DNA from: the human T2T-CHM13v2.0 reference genome, Homo sapiens
DNA: 64,000 nt
NCBI RefSeq assembly: GCF_009914755.1
Contig: NC_060938.1
Strand: one strand, 5' to 3'
Made by a program: the position numbers and the translations under genes
Notes under the pieces: model-generated
What the model saw: only the letters and a program-made list of their open reading frames with translations
Told to the model about the DNA's origin: nothing
Databases searched by the model: none
Part shown: positions 39,378 through 59,381 of the stretch, piece by piece
Position numbering within the stretch: the first letter of the stretch is position 1
Layout: each line of letters starts with the position of its first letter

Positions 39378-41453
39378 TTCTTATTATGATTTTAATTTAC
39401 ATTTTCCTAATGCCTAAGATGTTGAATGTATTTTCCATCTGCAAATCCTCTTGAATGAAATGTCTCTTTATACCTTTTGCTCATTTTCTGCTTTTTTTGT
39501 TATTGTCATGTTCGAGGGTTCTTTATATTGTCTGCATGCCAGTGTTTTCTTGGATACATTGTTTGCAAAATGTTCTTGTTTCGTAGCCTCTTCTTTCACT
39601 TTCTTACCAGGGTTTTTCACACGGTGAAAGTTTTAAATTTTGATAAAGTACAGTTTATCTATACTTCCTTTTATGGATGGTGCTTTTTGTGTCAAGTATA
39701 AAAATTCCTTGTCTAGCACTACTCCAGAAGATTTTCTCCTATTTTTCCTAAAACTTTTATAGTTTTACACTTCATATTTAAGTACAATGTCCATTTTGAG
39801 TTATTTTTTATGTAAGGCATGAGATAGGTCGAGGTTTTTGCCTATGGATATGCACTTGCTCCAGCACCATTTGTTGAGTTGCTTTTTTACTTATGTGTAA
39901 AATCGGTTGGGCATATTTGTGTGGGGTCTATTCCTGGTTTCTCTATTCTGTTTCACTGATTTATATGTTTATCTTTCTGGCTAATACCACACAGTCTTTA
40001 TTATTATATCTGTATATGTCTTGACATTGAGAAGACTGATACCTCACACTTAATTCTTTTTCAAAATTGTTTTAGCTATTATAATTCCTTTGCCTTTCCA
40101 TGTAAGTTGTAGAATAATATTGTCTATGTATACTAAAAATACTCACTGTAATTTTGATTGGTAACAAGCTAAGCTTTTGTTATTAATTTGGGGAGAATTA
40201 ATATTTTTAAATGTTGAGTCTAACAATCTGTTATTCTGTATATTTATTTATTAGATCTTTGATACCTTTCACCAACATTTTGTAGTTTTCAGCACGCAAG
40301 CCCTACAACGTTTTGTAGATGTACACCTACCTATTTCATTTTTTTTAAGCAATGATAAGTGGCATTATATTTTAATTTAAAGATTCATGTGTCCATGGCT
40401 AATATATACAAATGTAATTGATTTTCATATATCAGTCTTGTATCTTGTGGCCTTGAAGAACTCCCTTATTCTAGGAGTTTTTTCTAGGTTCCTTGGGATT
40501 TTCTATGTTGACAAATGTGCCATTTGCAAATAGGGACAGTTTATCTCCTTCTTTCCAGTCTGTTTGCTTCTTATTTCCTTTTATTGCCTTACTGCACTTG
40601 CTAAATATTATTTACTTCATTGAATAAGAGTAGTGAGAGCATATATCTTTTTTTTTTTGTTCCTGGTCTTTGGGGAAAGCATTCAGTCTTTTTATCATTA
40701 AGAATGATGTTAGTAGATTTTTAAACAATGCTATTTTTTACCAAGTTGAGGAATTTCCTTTTTCTTCTCATCTTTTTGAGAATTTTTATCATGAATTGGT
40801 TGAATTTTGTGAAATGCTTTCCCGCATTGATTCTATAATCATGTGATTGTGTTTCTTCAAACTGTTAATATGATGTTTTACATTGATTGATTTTTGAATA
40901 TTGAACCAGCCTTGCATACATGGAATAAGCACCATTTAGTCACGATATATAGTTCTTTTTATATGTAATTCTGAATTCTTTTACTAATATTTTGTTAAGG
41001 ATCTTTTGGATATATATTCACATGAGAAATATTTGTCTGTGGGTTTTGTTTTATTATACTGTCTTTGTTTGCTTTTTGCATCTGCGTAATATTCCCTTCA
41101 TAATATCCATTTGGATATTCCCTCCTTTGATTTTCTGATAGAGATGGTTTAGAATTGGTGTAAATTTTGTGAGTATTTGTTTGGATTTTCCAGTGAAAGA
41201 ATTATTGCCTAGACAGTTTTTGGAGGAGTTTTAAAATACAAATCCAATGATCTTAATAGTTGTAGGTCTATTCAAATTACTGATTTCACATTGGGTGAGT
41301 TTTGGTAGCCTGTTGTTCTTTTGAGGAATTGCCTGTGTCTCTTAGGTTAACAAACTGATGTGTGTAGAGTGGTTTGTAGTATTTCCTTACTATCCTTTTG
41401 ATTCCTACAGAGTCGGTAGTGATATCTCTCCTGTTTCTTTCGTGATGTGGGAA

Positions 41454-43821
41454 TAGGTGTACTTTATTTTATTGGGCTTTACATTTTGACTCTGCTCAAA
41501 GATTGTGCTTTTTACATATCAAAGGTTTATGGCAATCCTGCATCAAGCGAGTCTGTCAGTGCCATTTTTTCAACAGCATGTTTTCATTTTGTCTCTGTGT
41601 CACATTTTGGTAATTCTCACAATATTTTAAACTTTTTAATAATGACTGTATCTATGATGGTGATCTCTGATCAGTGATGTTTGATGTTACTCATACAATT
41701 GTTTTGGCTTACCATGAACCACATCCATAGAACATGGTGAACTTAATCAATAAATGTTGTGTGTGTTCTGTTTGTTCCACTTAATGACCATTTCCCCATC
41801 TCTTTCTCTCTCCATGGGTTTTCTTATTCACTGAGACACATCAATACTGAAATTAGGCCAAATAATTACCCTACAGTGCCCTTTAAGTGTTAAAGTGAAA
41901 GGAAGAGCTACATATCTCTCACTTTAAGTGAAAAGCTAAAAGTGAGCAAATTTACTGAGAAAGGCATGTCACAAGCCAAAACAGGTCAAAAGCTAGGCCT
42001 CTCGCACCAAACACTTAGCCAAGGTGTGAATGGAAACTAAAAGTTTTTGAAAAAAGGTAAAAGTGCTGTTTCAGATAACACATGAATGATAAGAAAGTAA
42101 AACAGCTTAATTGCTAATAAAGAGATAATTTTAGCAGTCTGGCTAGATTGGACTAGCCACAAAATTTTCTTCAGCCAAAACCTAATCCAGGGCAAGGCCC
42201 GAATTCTCTTCAGCCCTACAAAGGCTAAGTGAGGTGCAGAAGTTGCACAAGAAAAGTTGGAAGCTAGCAGAGGTTGCTTCCTGAGGTTTGAGGAAATAAG
42301 TCATCTCTGTAACATAAAAGTACAAGGTAAAGCTGCAAGTGGTGATTTAAAAGTTGCAGCAAGTCATCCATAATCTAGCTAAAATCATTGATGAATCTTT
42401 AGTGGCTACACTCAACAACAGGTTATCAATATAGATGAAATAGCCTTCTGCTGTAAGAAGATGCCATCTAAGACTTTCATAGCTAGAGATAAGATATCAA
42501 TGCCTGGCTTCAAAGCTTAGGCTGACTCATGAGTTAGTGGCTAATGCAGCTGGTAACTTTAAATTGAAGCCATTGCTCATTTACCATTTTGTAAATCATA
42601 GGTCCCTTAAGAATTATGCTGAATTTACTCTTCCTATGCTCTATAAATGAAACAACAAAGCTAAATCACAATACATCTGTTTACAGCATGATTTACTAAA
42701 TACTTTAAGTCCACTGTTGAGACCTACTGCTCAGAAAAATAGATTAAAAAAAATACTGCTGCTCACTGACAGTGCCCCTCGTCAGCCAAGAGCTCTGATG
42801 AAAATGTACAAAGAGAATAATGTTGTTTTCATGGCTGCTAACACAACATCCATTCTGCAGCCTATGGATTAGGGAGTAATTTTGAGTTTCAAGTCTTATT
42901 ATTTAAGAAATACATTTTGTCAGGCTATAGCTGCCATAGATAGGGATTGCTGTGATAGACCTGGGCAAAGTAATTTGAAAACATTTTGGAAAGGCTCACC
43001 ATTCTAGATGCCATTCATAACATTAATGATTCATGGAGGGAGTTCAAAATACCAGCATTAATAAAACTTTAGAAATTGATTCGACCCTTTATGGATCAGT
43101 TCGAGGGGTTTATGACTTCATTGGTGGAAAGTAGCTGCAGATGTGGTAAAAATAGCAAGAGAAATAGAATTAGAAGGAGAGCCGGAAGATGTGACTGAAT
43201 TTCTGCAATCTCATGATAAAATTTTCACAGATGAGGAGCTTTTTCTTATGGATAATCAAAGAAAGGTGTTCCTTGAGGTGGAATCTACTCCTGGTGAAGA
43301 TGCTGTGAATATTATTGGAATGACAAAAAAGGATTTAGAATATGACATAAACTTACTTGATAAAACAGTGGCAGGATCTGTGAGGATTGACTCTTCCAAT
43401 TTTGAAAAAAATTCTGTGAATAAAATGCTATTAAATAGCATTACATGGTACAGAGAAGTATTTTGTCAAAGGAAGAGTCAACCTGTGGGGCAACTTCATT
43501 GTTATCTTTCTGTTGCAACCACCACCATGATGAGTTAGCAGCCATCAGCATCAAAGTAGGACCCTCCACTAACAAAAACTTTACATCTCATTGAAGGGTT
43601 AGATGGTCATTAGCATTTTTTGCAATAAGATCTTTTAAAATCAAGGTATGTACATTTTGAAAACGTAATCCTATTGTACATTTAATAAACTGTAGTATAG
43701 CATAAACATAACTTTATATATGCACTGGAAAACCAAAAAGTTGTGAGACTTATTTTGTCATAATATTCATTGTATTGTGGTGGCCTAGTACTGAACGTGC
43801 AGTACCTCCAAGGTGTGCTTG
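41454..43821 (+). mobile_element. Tigger1, near full length, with disrupted pogo-type transposase
   Basis: Ends TAGGTGTAC... and ...CCAAGGTGTGCTTG-TA; DDD motifs INIDEIA (about 42425), LLLTDSAP (about 42756) and QPMD*G (about 42858); ORF 43143..43538. Confidence 0.93.
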
Positions 43822-45173
43822 TAATTTGTTTCTTTTCTGTTTTTCTCTTTGTCAGTCTTAGAGGCAGCTTTTTTTTTTTAAGATCCAGCTTTTTGTTTCA
43901 TTGTTTTATTATTTTGCTGTTTTTAATGTTATTGGTTTGTGCTCTTTATTATTTCCTTCTTTCTGCTTGATTTAGTTTTATTATGCTTGTCAATTTCTAG
44001 ATTTTATGCTTATATTATTGATTTGAGACTTTTACTGTTTTCAAAAAAATGCACTTATTGCTATATTGTCCGTATAGCACTACTTTTCCTCTATTCCAAA
44101 ATTTTTGATATATCTTATTTTCATATTTTTTTTCAGTTTACAGAGTGTGTGTGTGTGTTTGTGTGCACGCGTTTAATTTCTCTTGAGATGTGCTTTTTGT
44201 TTCATGGATTATTTAGAAGTCTCTTGTTTAGATTTCAAATCTGTGCCTTGTCTGGTATGTTTCTGTTGTTTCCATTCTGGTCAAATAATATTTTGGGTAT
44301 TATTTCAATTATTTTACAATAATTGATTTTTCTTTTAAGATACAGAACATGGTCTATATTGAAATAAGTTCTGCAGGCATGTATTTGCTGGTTTTGACTA
44401 GAGTGTTCTTTAAATGTCAGTTATGTCCTGGTGGTTGATACTGTTGAGTTCTTCTGTATCTTTGTTGATTATATAACTAGTTCTTTCTAATTTTGTGAGG
44501 CTTCTTGATGTCTCCAACTATGTTTATGTCTTTTCTTTCATTTTTTCAGGTATATCAGTTTTGCATCACATGTTTTGCAGCTTTGTTGTTTGTTATATAC
44601 ACCTTTAGGATTGTTTTGTCTTCCCGATGGATTAATTTTTTTATCATTATGTATTGTGCCTCTCTGTCTCTGGTAATTTCTTTTCTTTTGAAGCCTACTT
44701 TACCTGGTATTAATACAGCCACTCCTGCTTTCTTATGTCTACTTGGTAGATCTTTTTCCATGTTTTTATAGTCAACATTCTTGTATCTTTATATTTTTAG
44801 TGAGTTTCAGATGGAGAGCATATTTTTGAGTCTGCCTTTAAATTCACTCTGCTAATCTCTTTCAGTTGGTGTATTTACACCATTTACATTTATATAATTA
44901 ATTATCTGTAGGAGCTTAAGTCTCCCACTGTATTTCTTGTATTTTGTTTGTTCTCACTTGTTTCTCTTTTTCCTTTTTCCTTTCTTCTTGGGAGTTATTT
45001 GAATATTTTTAGGAGTTTCATTTTTATTTATAAATATTTTTAATGATATCTCTTTTCTAGTGGTTGTTTATTGGTTACTCTAGTGTATGTGTGTGTGTGT
45101 GTATAAAATTTTATCAATTTTATCAATTCATGTGAAGTGTAGGAAACTTAAATTTATATCTCATTACCCTCTC

Positions 45174-45298
45174 AATACAATTGCCTGAAATATTTCTTGT
45201 ACGTACATATAGACTCACATTAGACAGTGAGTCTGTGAGAGTCTATAATAGTTTCCTGAAATATTTTGTACATACATATAGACTCACATTAGACAATG
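45174..45298. repeat. About 55-bp tandem duplication with inverted filler
   Basis: CCTGAAATATTT..TGTAC(G/A)TACATATAGACTCACATTAGACA occurs twice. Confidence 0.9.
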
Positions 45299-46236
45299 TT
45301 ACAGTTTTTGCTTCAGCATTCAAACATAAAAGCCCAAGATGAGAATTTTGTCTGTTGTATTTACCCATATATTTGCCTACTATTATAATGTTTTTCTTCC
45401 TGATGTTCCAAGAGTTCTTATTTTTTTGCTTACTTTATGTTTAGAAATCTTTCATTGACCATTATATTAGGGTTGGTATGCTGGTAAAAAGTTTTCTTAG
45501 TTTTTCTTCATCAAAGAATGTCGTAATTTTTTTTTTCATGTCTGAAGAGTATTTTTACTGGATATAGGATGTGGGTTCACAGTTCTTTTATTTAAGCACT
45601 TCAAAAAGTACTTCCAGTGGGGCGCCAAGATGGCCAACTAAAAGCAGCTATGGTGTGTGGCTCTTACAGAGAGGAACGAAAGGGACGAGTAAATGCAGCA
45701 CCTTTAACTGAAACATCCAGGTACTTGCATTGGGACTGATCAGGGAAACAACTCAACCCACAGAGAATGGAGAAGAGCAGGACAGGGCAGGGCAGGGCAA
45801 CAGCTTACCTGGGAGCAACATGGATACAAGAGAACCTACCCCTGCCCAGGGAAGCAGTGAGTGAATATGTGACCCTGGGAAACCATGCCCCTCCCACAGA
45901 TCTTTACAAGTCCGGTCAGGAGATCCCCTTGTGAATCCATTCCACCAGGGCCTTCGGTCTGACACACAGAACTGTGTATAGTCTCAACAGAAAAGCTGCT
46001 CAGGCATGCATGGAGACCCGGGAACTTTACATACTCTGGCTCTAGTATCCCTAACAAAGGTGATTGCAACTTAGGCAGGGCGGGAGCTTGGACATCCATA
46101 TTTACCCCTAGGAAGGGATCTGAATCCAGGGGGCTAAGAAGCATTGATCTGTGGGCCCCATTTCCACAGCTTCTCACAGGATAAGACCCACTGGCTTGGA
46201 ATTTCAGCCAGCCCCCAGCAACAGAGTTGTACCTAC

Positions 46237-47340
46237 CTGGGACAAAACAGAGTTGCTGGCGGGAGGGGCAGACTACCATCTTTGCTGCTTGGATAACTCA
46301 GCCATTCCAGCCTGTGGGCTTAGGCGAGTCCAAACCAACTGGGCATGGAAGGGATCACCTAGCACAGCAAAGCTGCTCTACCAAAATGTGGCCAGACTGC
46401 TTCTTTAAGAGGGACCCTCAATCCAAATCCTCTTCTTGGGTGTTACCTCCCAACTGACAGAGTTTTGATTTCTCTTTGGGACTGAGTGCCTGCGGGGAGG
46501 GGCAGGCTACCATCTCTGCTGTTTGGACAGCTCAACCTTTCCAGCCTGTGGGCTTTGGAGAGTCCAAACCGACCAGGGCAGAAGGGATCCCCCAACACAA
46601 CACAGCTGCTCTAATACAACATGGCCGACTACTTCTTTAAGCAGAACCCTGATCCGTTCTTCATCTCTGAGCAGGACCTCCCGACTGGACCCTCCAGCCA
46701 CCCTCACTTGTATTCTCTGGTTCACAATGTTTTGATTTCACCCTGGGACTGAGTTCGAGGGGGAGGTGGGCGGGCGCCATCGTTGCTGTTTGGGCAACTC
46801 AGCATTCTGTCCTGTGGGCTTTGGAGAGCCCACGCCCACCAGGGCAGAAGCAGTACCCCAGCACGGCACAGCTGCTCTATGAAACCATGGCCATCCTGCT
46901 TCCTTAAGCAGTCCCCGATCTATTCCTCCTTGCAGGGCGGGACTTCCCAACTGTGTCCTCCAGTCACTCCCATGGATGTTCTGTGGCTAAGAGGTTTGAA
47001 AACTTCCTGGGACAGAGCTCCTAGAGGGAGGAGTGGGCTGCCATTTTTTCTGTCTCAGCAACTTCCGTAGTTTACAGACTTTGGAGAGCCCAAGCTAACT
47101 AGGGGCAGAAGTGGTACACCCACACAGCACAGCTGCTTTATAAAAGTGTGGCTAGACTGCTTCTTTAAGCAGATCCCTGATCCCACTCTTCCTGACTGGG
47201 TGACACCTCCCAACCAGTGTCTCCAGCCACCACCTACCACCTGGTTGTTTGGGCCAGCAACCAGGTCTGTACCCCTCTGGGACAGAGCTCCCAGAGGAAG
47301 GGGCAGGCTGCCATCTTTGCAGTTTTGCAGCCTTCACTGG
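46237..47340 (+). repeat. Tandem 240-270-bp units within the L1 5'UTR
   Basis: Units begin (C/T)TGGGAC..GAG...GGGAGG...CCAT at about 46237, 46477, 46743, 47007 and 47277. Confidence 0.85.
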
Positions 47341-50284
47341 TGATACCCTCAGGTACTGGAAAACCTAAGGCGACTAGGGACTAGAGCAGATGCCCAGCAA
47401 ACCACAGCAGCCCTGTGAAAAGTGGCCAGACTGTAAAAAGGAAAAAAAAAAAATCCAAAGATCAGCCTCAAAGATTGAAGGTAGATGTGCCCACAAAGAT
47501 AAAGAATCAGCACAAGAACGCTGAAAACTCAAAAAGCCACAGTGCCCTCTTCTGTTCAGATGACCACATCACCTCTCCAGCAAGGGTTTGGAATTGGGCA
47601 GAGGCTGAGATGGCCGAAATGACAGAAGTAGACTTCGGAATGTGGATAAAATTGATGTTCATTCTGCTACAGCTGCACCTTCTAACTCAATGCAGGAAGC
47701 TACAGATCATGATAAAACATTTCAGCAACTGACAAGGTAAAATAGCCAGTATGGAGAATAACGTAAGCAACCTGATAGCGCTGAAGAAAACAACAGAAGA
47801 AGTTCATAATGTAATTCCAAGTATTAATAGCAGAATAGACCAAGTGGAGGAAAGAATCCCAGAGCTTGAAGACTGTCTTTCTGAAATAAGACAGGCATAC
47901 AGGAATAGAGAAAAAAGAATGAAAAAGAATGGACAAAACCTCTGAGAAATATGAGATTATGTAAAGAGACTGAATATATGACTGATTGGTGTACCTGAAA
48001 GAGATGAGAAGAATGGAACCAACTTGGAAAATATATTTCAGGATATCTTCCATGAGGACTTCCCCAACCTAGCTAGACAGACCAACATTCGATTTCAGGA
48101 AATGGGAGAACCCCTGTAAAATATTCCACAAGAAGATCATCCCCAAGACACATAATCATCAGATTCTCCAAGGTCAAAATGAAAGAAAAAATGTTAAGGA
48201 CAGCCAGAGAGAAAGGCCAGGCAACCTACAAAGGGAAGACCATCTGACTAACAGCAGACCTCTCAGCGGAAACCCTACATGTCAGAAGAGATTGGAGGCC
48301 AATATTCAACATGCTGAAAAAAGAAAAATTCCAGCCCAGAATTTCATATGTGCCCAATCTAAGCTTCATAAGCAAAGGAGAAATAAGATACTTTCCAGAC
48401 AAGCAAATGTTGAGGAAATTTGTTACCACCACACCTGCCTTACAATAGCTCCCAAAAGAAGCACTAAATATGGAAAGGAAAAATCGTTACCAGCCACTAC
48501 AAAAGCACACTGGAGTACACAGACAAATGACACTATAAAGTAACCACAAGTTATTTTAAACAAGTCTCCAAAATAACCAGCTAACATCATAATGACAGGA
48601 TCAAATCTGCACATAACAATACTAACCTCAAATGAAAATGGGATAAATGCCCCAATTAAAAGACACAGAGTGGCCAGCTGGATAAAGAAACAAGACCCAA
48701 TGGTCTGCTGTCTTCAAGAGACCCATCTCATGTGGAATGACACACATAGGCTCAAAAAAGGATGGAGGAAAATTTACAAAGCAAATGGAAAACAGAAAAA
48801 AGCAGGGGTTGCAATCCTGTTCTGACAAAACAGACTTTAACCAACAAAGATCAATAAAGACAAAGAAGAAGGGCATTACATAATGGTAAAGGGTTCAATT
48901 CAACAAGAAGAACTAGCTATCGTAAATATATATGCACCCAACACTGGAGCACCCAGATTCATAAACCAAGTTATTAGAGACCTTCAAAGAGACTTAGACT
49001 CCCACACAATAATAGTGGGAGACTTTAACACCGCACTGACAATATTAGACAGACTGAGACAGAAAATTAACAAAGATATTCAGGATCTGAACTCAGATCT
49101 GGATTAAATGGACCTGATATATATCTACAGAACTCTCCACTCAAAAACAACAGACTATACATTCTTCTCATCACCATGTGGCACTTACTCTAAAAAAGAT
49201 CACATAATCGGAAGTAAAACACTGCTCAGCTCAGCAAATACAAAAGAACTGAAATCATAACCAACAGTCTCTTGGACCAGAGCACAATCAAATTAGAACT
49301 AAAGTCTGAAGAAATTCACTCAAAACCACACGATTGCATGAAAATTAAATAACCTGCCCCTGAATGACTTTTGGGTAAATAATGAAATTAAGATGGAAAT
49401 CAAGTTCTTTCAAACTAATAAGGACAAAGATACAATGTACCAGATTCTCAGGGACACAGCTAAAGTAGTGTTAAGAAGGAAATCTATAGCAGTAAATGCC
49501 CACATCAGAAAGCTAGCAAGATCTCAAGTTAACAACCTAATGTCACAATGAAAAGAACTAGAAAATCAAAATCAAACAAATCCCAAAGCTAGAAGAAGAC
49601 AAGAAATAACCAGAATCAGAGCTGAACTGAAGGAGGTAGAGACAAGAAAAGCCATTAAAAACATCAGTAAATCCAGGAGTTGTTTTTTTGAAAAGATTAA
49701 TAAAATAGGCCACTAGATAGACTCATGAAGAGAGAATCAAATAAACACAATCAGAAATGATAAGGTGGATATTACGATTGTCCCCACAGGAATACAAGCA
49801 ACCATCAGAGAATATTATAAACACCTCTATCTGTATCAACTAGAAAATCTAGAATAAATGGATAAATTCCTGGACATATACACCCTACCAAAAGTGAACC
49901 AGGAAGAAATTGAATCCCTGAACAGACCAATAACAAGTTCTGAAATTGAGGCAGCAATAAATAGCCTACCAACCAAAAAAAAAAAAAAAAAAAAAAGCCC
50001 AGGACCAGACGGCTTCACAGCTGAATTCTACCAAATGTACAAAGAAGAGCTGGTACCATTCCTACTGAAACTATTCCAACAAATTGAAGAGGAGAAACTC
50101 CTCCCTAACTCATTCTATGAGGCTAACATCATCCTGACACCAAAACTTTGCAGAGATACAAAAACAAAAGAAAACTTCAGGCCAATATCCTTGATGAATA
50201 CTGATGCAAAAATCCTCTGCAAAATTCTAGCAAACTGAATCCAGCTTATCCAAAAAGATAAATCGAGCTTTATCTCAAAAAACT

Positions 50285-51240
<956 letters not shown>

Positions 51241-51407
51241 TATATATATATAAAATATTAATAAATATTGAATCTTCCAACCACCCAAAAAAGGAAAAGA
51301 ATGCACAATATCTTATTAATAATTTTATATGGTTTACATTTTGAAATGATAACATTATGAACTTACTGTATTGGATTAAATAAAAACATTTTTTAATAAA
51401 AAAAAAA
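51241..51407 (+). other. Non-L1 segment with its own AATAAA and poly(A): putative L1 3' transduction (MER3/MER33-like)
   Basis: Lies between the L1 3' end and the point where the host L1 resumes; AATAAA at 51379-51384 and A-tract at 51398-51407. Confidence 0.75.
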
Positions 51408-53861
51408 GCTTGTCCACCAGAGTTAAATAGGCTTTATCCCTGGGATGCAAACTTGGTTCATCATTGCAAATCAATAAATGTGATTTATCACATAAACAGA
51501 ACTAAAGACCAAAACCACTTGATTATCTCAAGAGATTCAGAAAAGATTTTTGATAAAATTCAACATCCCTTTACTTGAAAAACTCTGACCAAACTAGATA
51601 CTGAAGAAATGAATATACCTCAAACTAATAAGAGCCATAGAAGACAAACTCACAGCCAACATCATACTGAATGGGTAAAAGCTGGAAGCATTCTCCTTGA
51701 AAACCGGCACAAGACAAGGACGCCCTCTCTCACCGCTCCTGTTCAACATAGTATTGGAATTTCTGGCCAGAGCAATCAGGCAAAAGAATGAAATAAAGGG
51801 CATTCAAATAAGAAGAGAGGAAGTCAACCTATCCCTGTTTCCAGATGACATGATTCTGTATCTAGAAAACCCCAGTCGTCTCAGCCCAAAAGCTTCTTAA
51901 GCTGATAAGCAACTTTAGCAAAGTCTCAGGATACGCAATTAATGTGTAAAAATCACTAGCATTCCTATACATGAACAACAGTACAAGTGAGAGCCAGATC
52001 ATAAACGTACTCCCCTTTTCAGTTGCCACAAAAAGAATAAAATACCTAGGAATATAGCTAACAACAAAGCGAAAGATCTCTGCAAGGAGAACTATAAATC
52101 ACTGCTCAAACAAATCAGAAATTACACAAAGAAATGGAGAAACATTCCATGCTCATGGATAGGAAGAATCAGTATTGGTAAAATGGCCAAAATGCCCAAA
52201 GCAATTTATAAATTCATTGCTATTCTGATTAAACTACCATTGACATCTAGTTCTGTAAACTACCATTCACAGAACTAGAGAAAACTATTTTAAAATTTGT
52301 ACTGAACCAAAAAAGAGCCTGAATAGCCCAAGCAATCGTAAGCCTAAAAAACAAAGCTGGAGGCATCACACTACCCAACTTCAAACTATACTATGGGGCT
52401 ACAGTGACCAAAATAGCATGGTAGTGGTACAAGAATAGACACATAACCAAAGGAACAGAATAGAGAATCCAAAAATAAGACTGCACATGTACAACTATCT
52501 GATCTTGAAGAAACCTGACAAAAACAAGCAATGGGGAAAGGATTCCCTATTCAATAAATGGTGCTGGGATAACTGGCTAGCCATAGGTCGAAAATTGAAA
52601 CTAGACCCTTCCTGACACCATACACAAGAATTAATTCAAGGTGGATTAAAGACTTAAGTGTAAAACCCGAAACTATAAAAACCCTGGAAGACAGCCTAGG
52701 CAACTACATTCAGGACATTAGGTACTGGCAAAGATTTCATGACAAAAGTGTCGAAAGCAATTACAGTCAAACCAAAAATTGACAAATGGGATCTAAGCTT
52801 CTGCACAGCTAAAGAAACTATCAACAGAGTAAATAGACAACCTACACAATGGCAGAAAATTTTTGCAAACTATGCATCTGACAAAGGTCTAATATCTAGC
52901 ATCTATAAGGAACTTAAATACATTTAGAAGAAAAACCACCCCATTAAGACATGTGCAAAGGACGTGGATACTTCTCAAAAGAAGATGTACATACAGCCAA
53001 CAAACATATTTAGAAAAGCTCAACATCACTGATCATTAGAGAAATGCAAATCAAAACCACAGTGAGATATCATATCCTACCAGTCAGAATGGCTATTATT
53101 AAAGAGCTGAAAAATAACAAGACGCTTGTGAGGTTGTGGATAAAAGGAAGGCTTATACACTCTTGGTAGGAGTGTAAATTAGTTCAGCCATTGTGGAAGA
53201 CAGTGTGGCAATTCCTCAAAGACCTAAAATCAGAAATAGCATTTGACCCAGCAATCCCATTACTGGGTATATACCCAAAGGAATATAAGTTGCTCTGTTA
53301 TAAAGACACATGCACCCATATGTTCATTGCAGTACTTATGACAATAGCAAACATATGGAATCAACCCAAGTGCCCATCAATGATAGACTGGATAAAGAAA
53401 TGTGGTACACATACACCATGGAATATAAGGCAGCCACAAAAGAGAATGAAGATATGTCCTTTGCAGGGACACGGATGGAGCTGGAAGTCATTATCCTTAG
53501 CAAAGTAACACAGGAGCAGAAAACCAAATATTACATGTTCTTACTTAGGAATGGGAACTGAATGGTGAGAATACATGGACACGTATAGAGGAAGAACACA
53601 CACCAGGGCCTACTTGAGGGTAGAAGGTGGGACGAGGGACAGTATCAGGAAAAATAACTAGTGGATACTAGTCTTAATACCTGGGTAATGAAATAATTGT
53701 TACAACAAACCCCCATGACACACGTTTACCTGTGTAACAAACCTTCACATCCTGCACTTGTACCCGTGAACTTAAAAAAGAAAAAGTGCTTCCTTCTAGC
53801 CTTTCTGGTTTCTGGTAAGAAATTGATTGTCATTTGTATTACCTTTCCCACTTTCCTGCTG

Positions 53862-54039
<178 letters not shown>

Positions 54040-54066
54040 CTTTCCTGCTGTTTTTAAGGTATTTCC

Positions 54067-54444
<378 letters not shown>

Positions 54445-55474
54445 TCAGGTTTTTTAAACTCTTGAATCTCTATATTGAGTTGTTATTTTTTTTTAAATGT
54501 ATCCTATCCTTTTATCCCTCTTCTTTGACACTCAGATGATATTAACTTTAGTTCTTTTGTTATTGTTTGACAATTCTTGGGGACTTTATTTTTTTTTCCA
54601 AACCGTTTTCTTCTTTTCCAGATTGGATGACTTCTAGTGTGTTATCTCCTAGCTTGCTGATTGTTTTCGCATGTTTCTTTCATTCTAGTATTGAGCACAT
54701 CCATTAAGTTTTGTATTTCAGTTATTGTGTTTTTCAGGTATAAAATTTCTATTTGGTCTTCCTGTGTATCTTCTACTTCTTGATTAAGATTCTTTTTCTT
54801 TGCTGTGACTTTTTGCTCATAAAATTTGTTTCATGTGTTTTTATAATTCCTTTTTGAATAATTTTTATCATGACAAGACTAAAATTTTTTCAGGCAACTC
54901 TAGCATCTCTGCTGCCTTGGTCTTAGCACCTGTCATTAGCCTTTTTTCATTCAGTTTGAGATCTTCCTGGTTCTTTGTATGACAACTTATTTTTTAATAA
55001 AACCTGAACATTTTGGGTCTTATGAGAATGTAGTCTTTATTTAAATTATCTGGTGTAGCTGTCTCATTCTGACACTTCATCTGAGAGTAGTCCCTCTACC
55101 TCTTTGCTCCAAGGTTGAGGTGGGAGTCGGGTTTTTTACTTGGCCTCCTTGGTAGGTAAGGCGGAAGGTTTTCCATGTTACTGCTGTGTAGGCATGTTAG
55201 TTTTGGCTCCCTGGTAGGTCTCCAGTGAACCCCTTTTGGCTAGGATTGGTAGGAGTATCTTTGTGGGGTTGGTTGAAGATGTTTGGAAGATTTCATGTAG
55301 AACTTGAGTTTTAATATGCTTTCACCAGAAATATAAAGCAGTGGAGGAGATCATAAATCAATTTGCATCCTCTCTGGAAAGCCATAGGCATATGCTATAT
55401 TCATGCATGTATCAGAAATTACAATATTAACTGGCTCTCTATAATGCCTCGTAATTTTACTGGTTCTTGTCAAA

Positions 55475-56640
<1,166 letters not shown>

Positions 56641-56649
56641 TTAATTATT

Positions 56650-58825
<2,176 letters not shown>

Positions 58826-59009
58826 TTTTTTCCTTTATTTTTAGCTGACATGTAGTAATTGTACATATTTATAGTCTACAGAGTGATATTTCAATACATT
58901 TACACAATGTGTAATTATAAAATCAGGGTATTTCGCATATCCGTAATCTCAAACACTTAACAATTCTTTTTACTGTGAACATTCAAAAGCTTCTCTTCTA
59001 GTTTTTTGA

Positions 59010-59381
<372 letters not shown>

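Noticed and set aside
43143-43538. 131-aa ORF resembling TIGD1-type proteins
   Set aside because: It is the 3' part of a decayed Tigger1 whose upstream transposase has many stops; not a domesticated gene.
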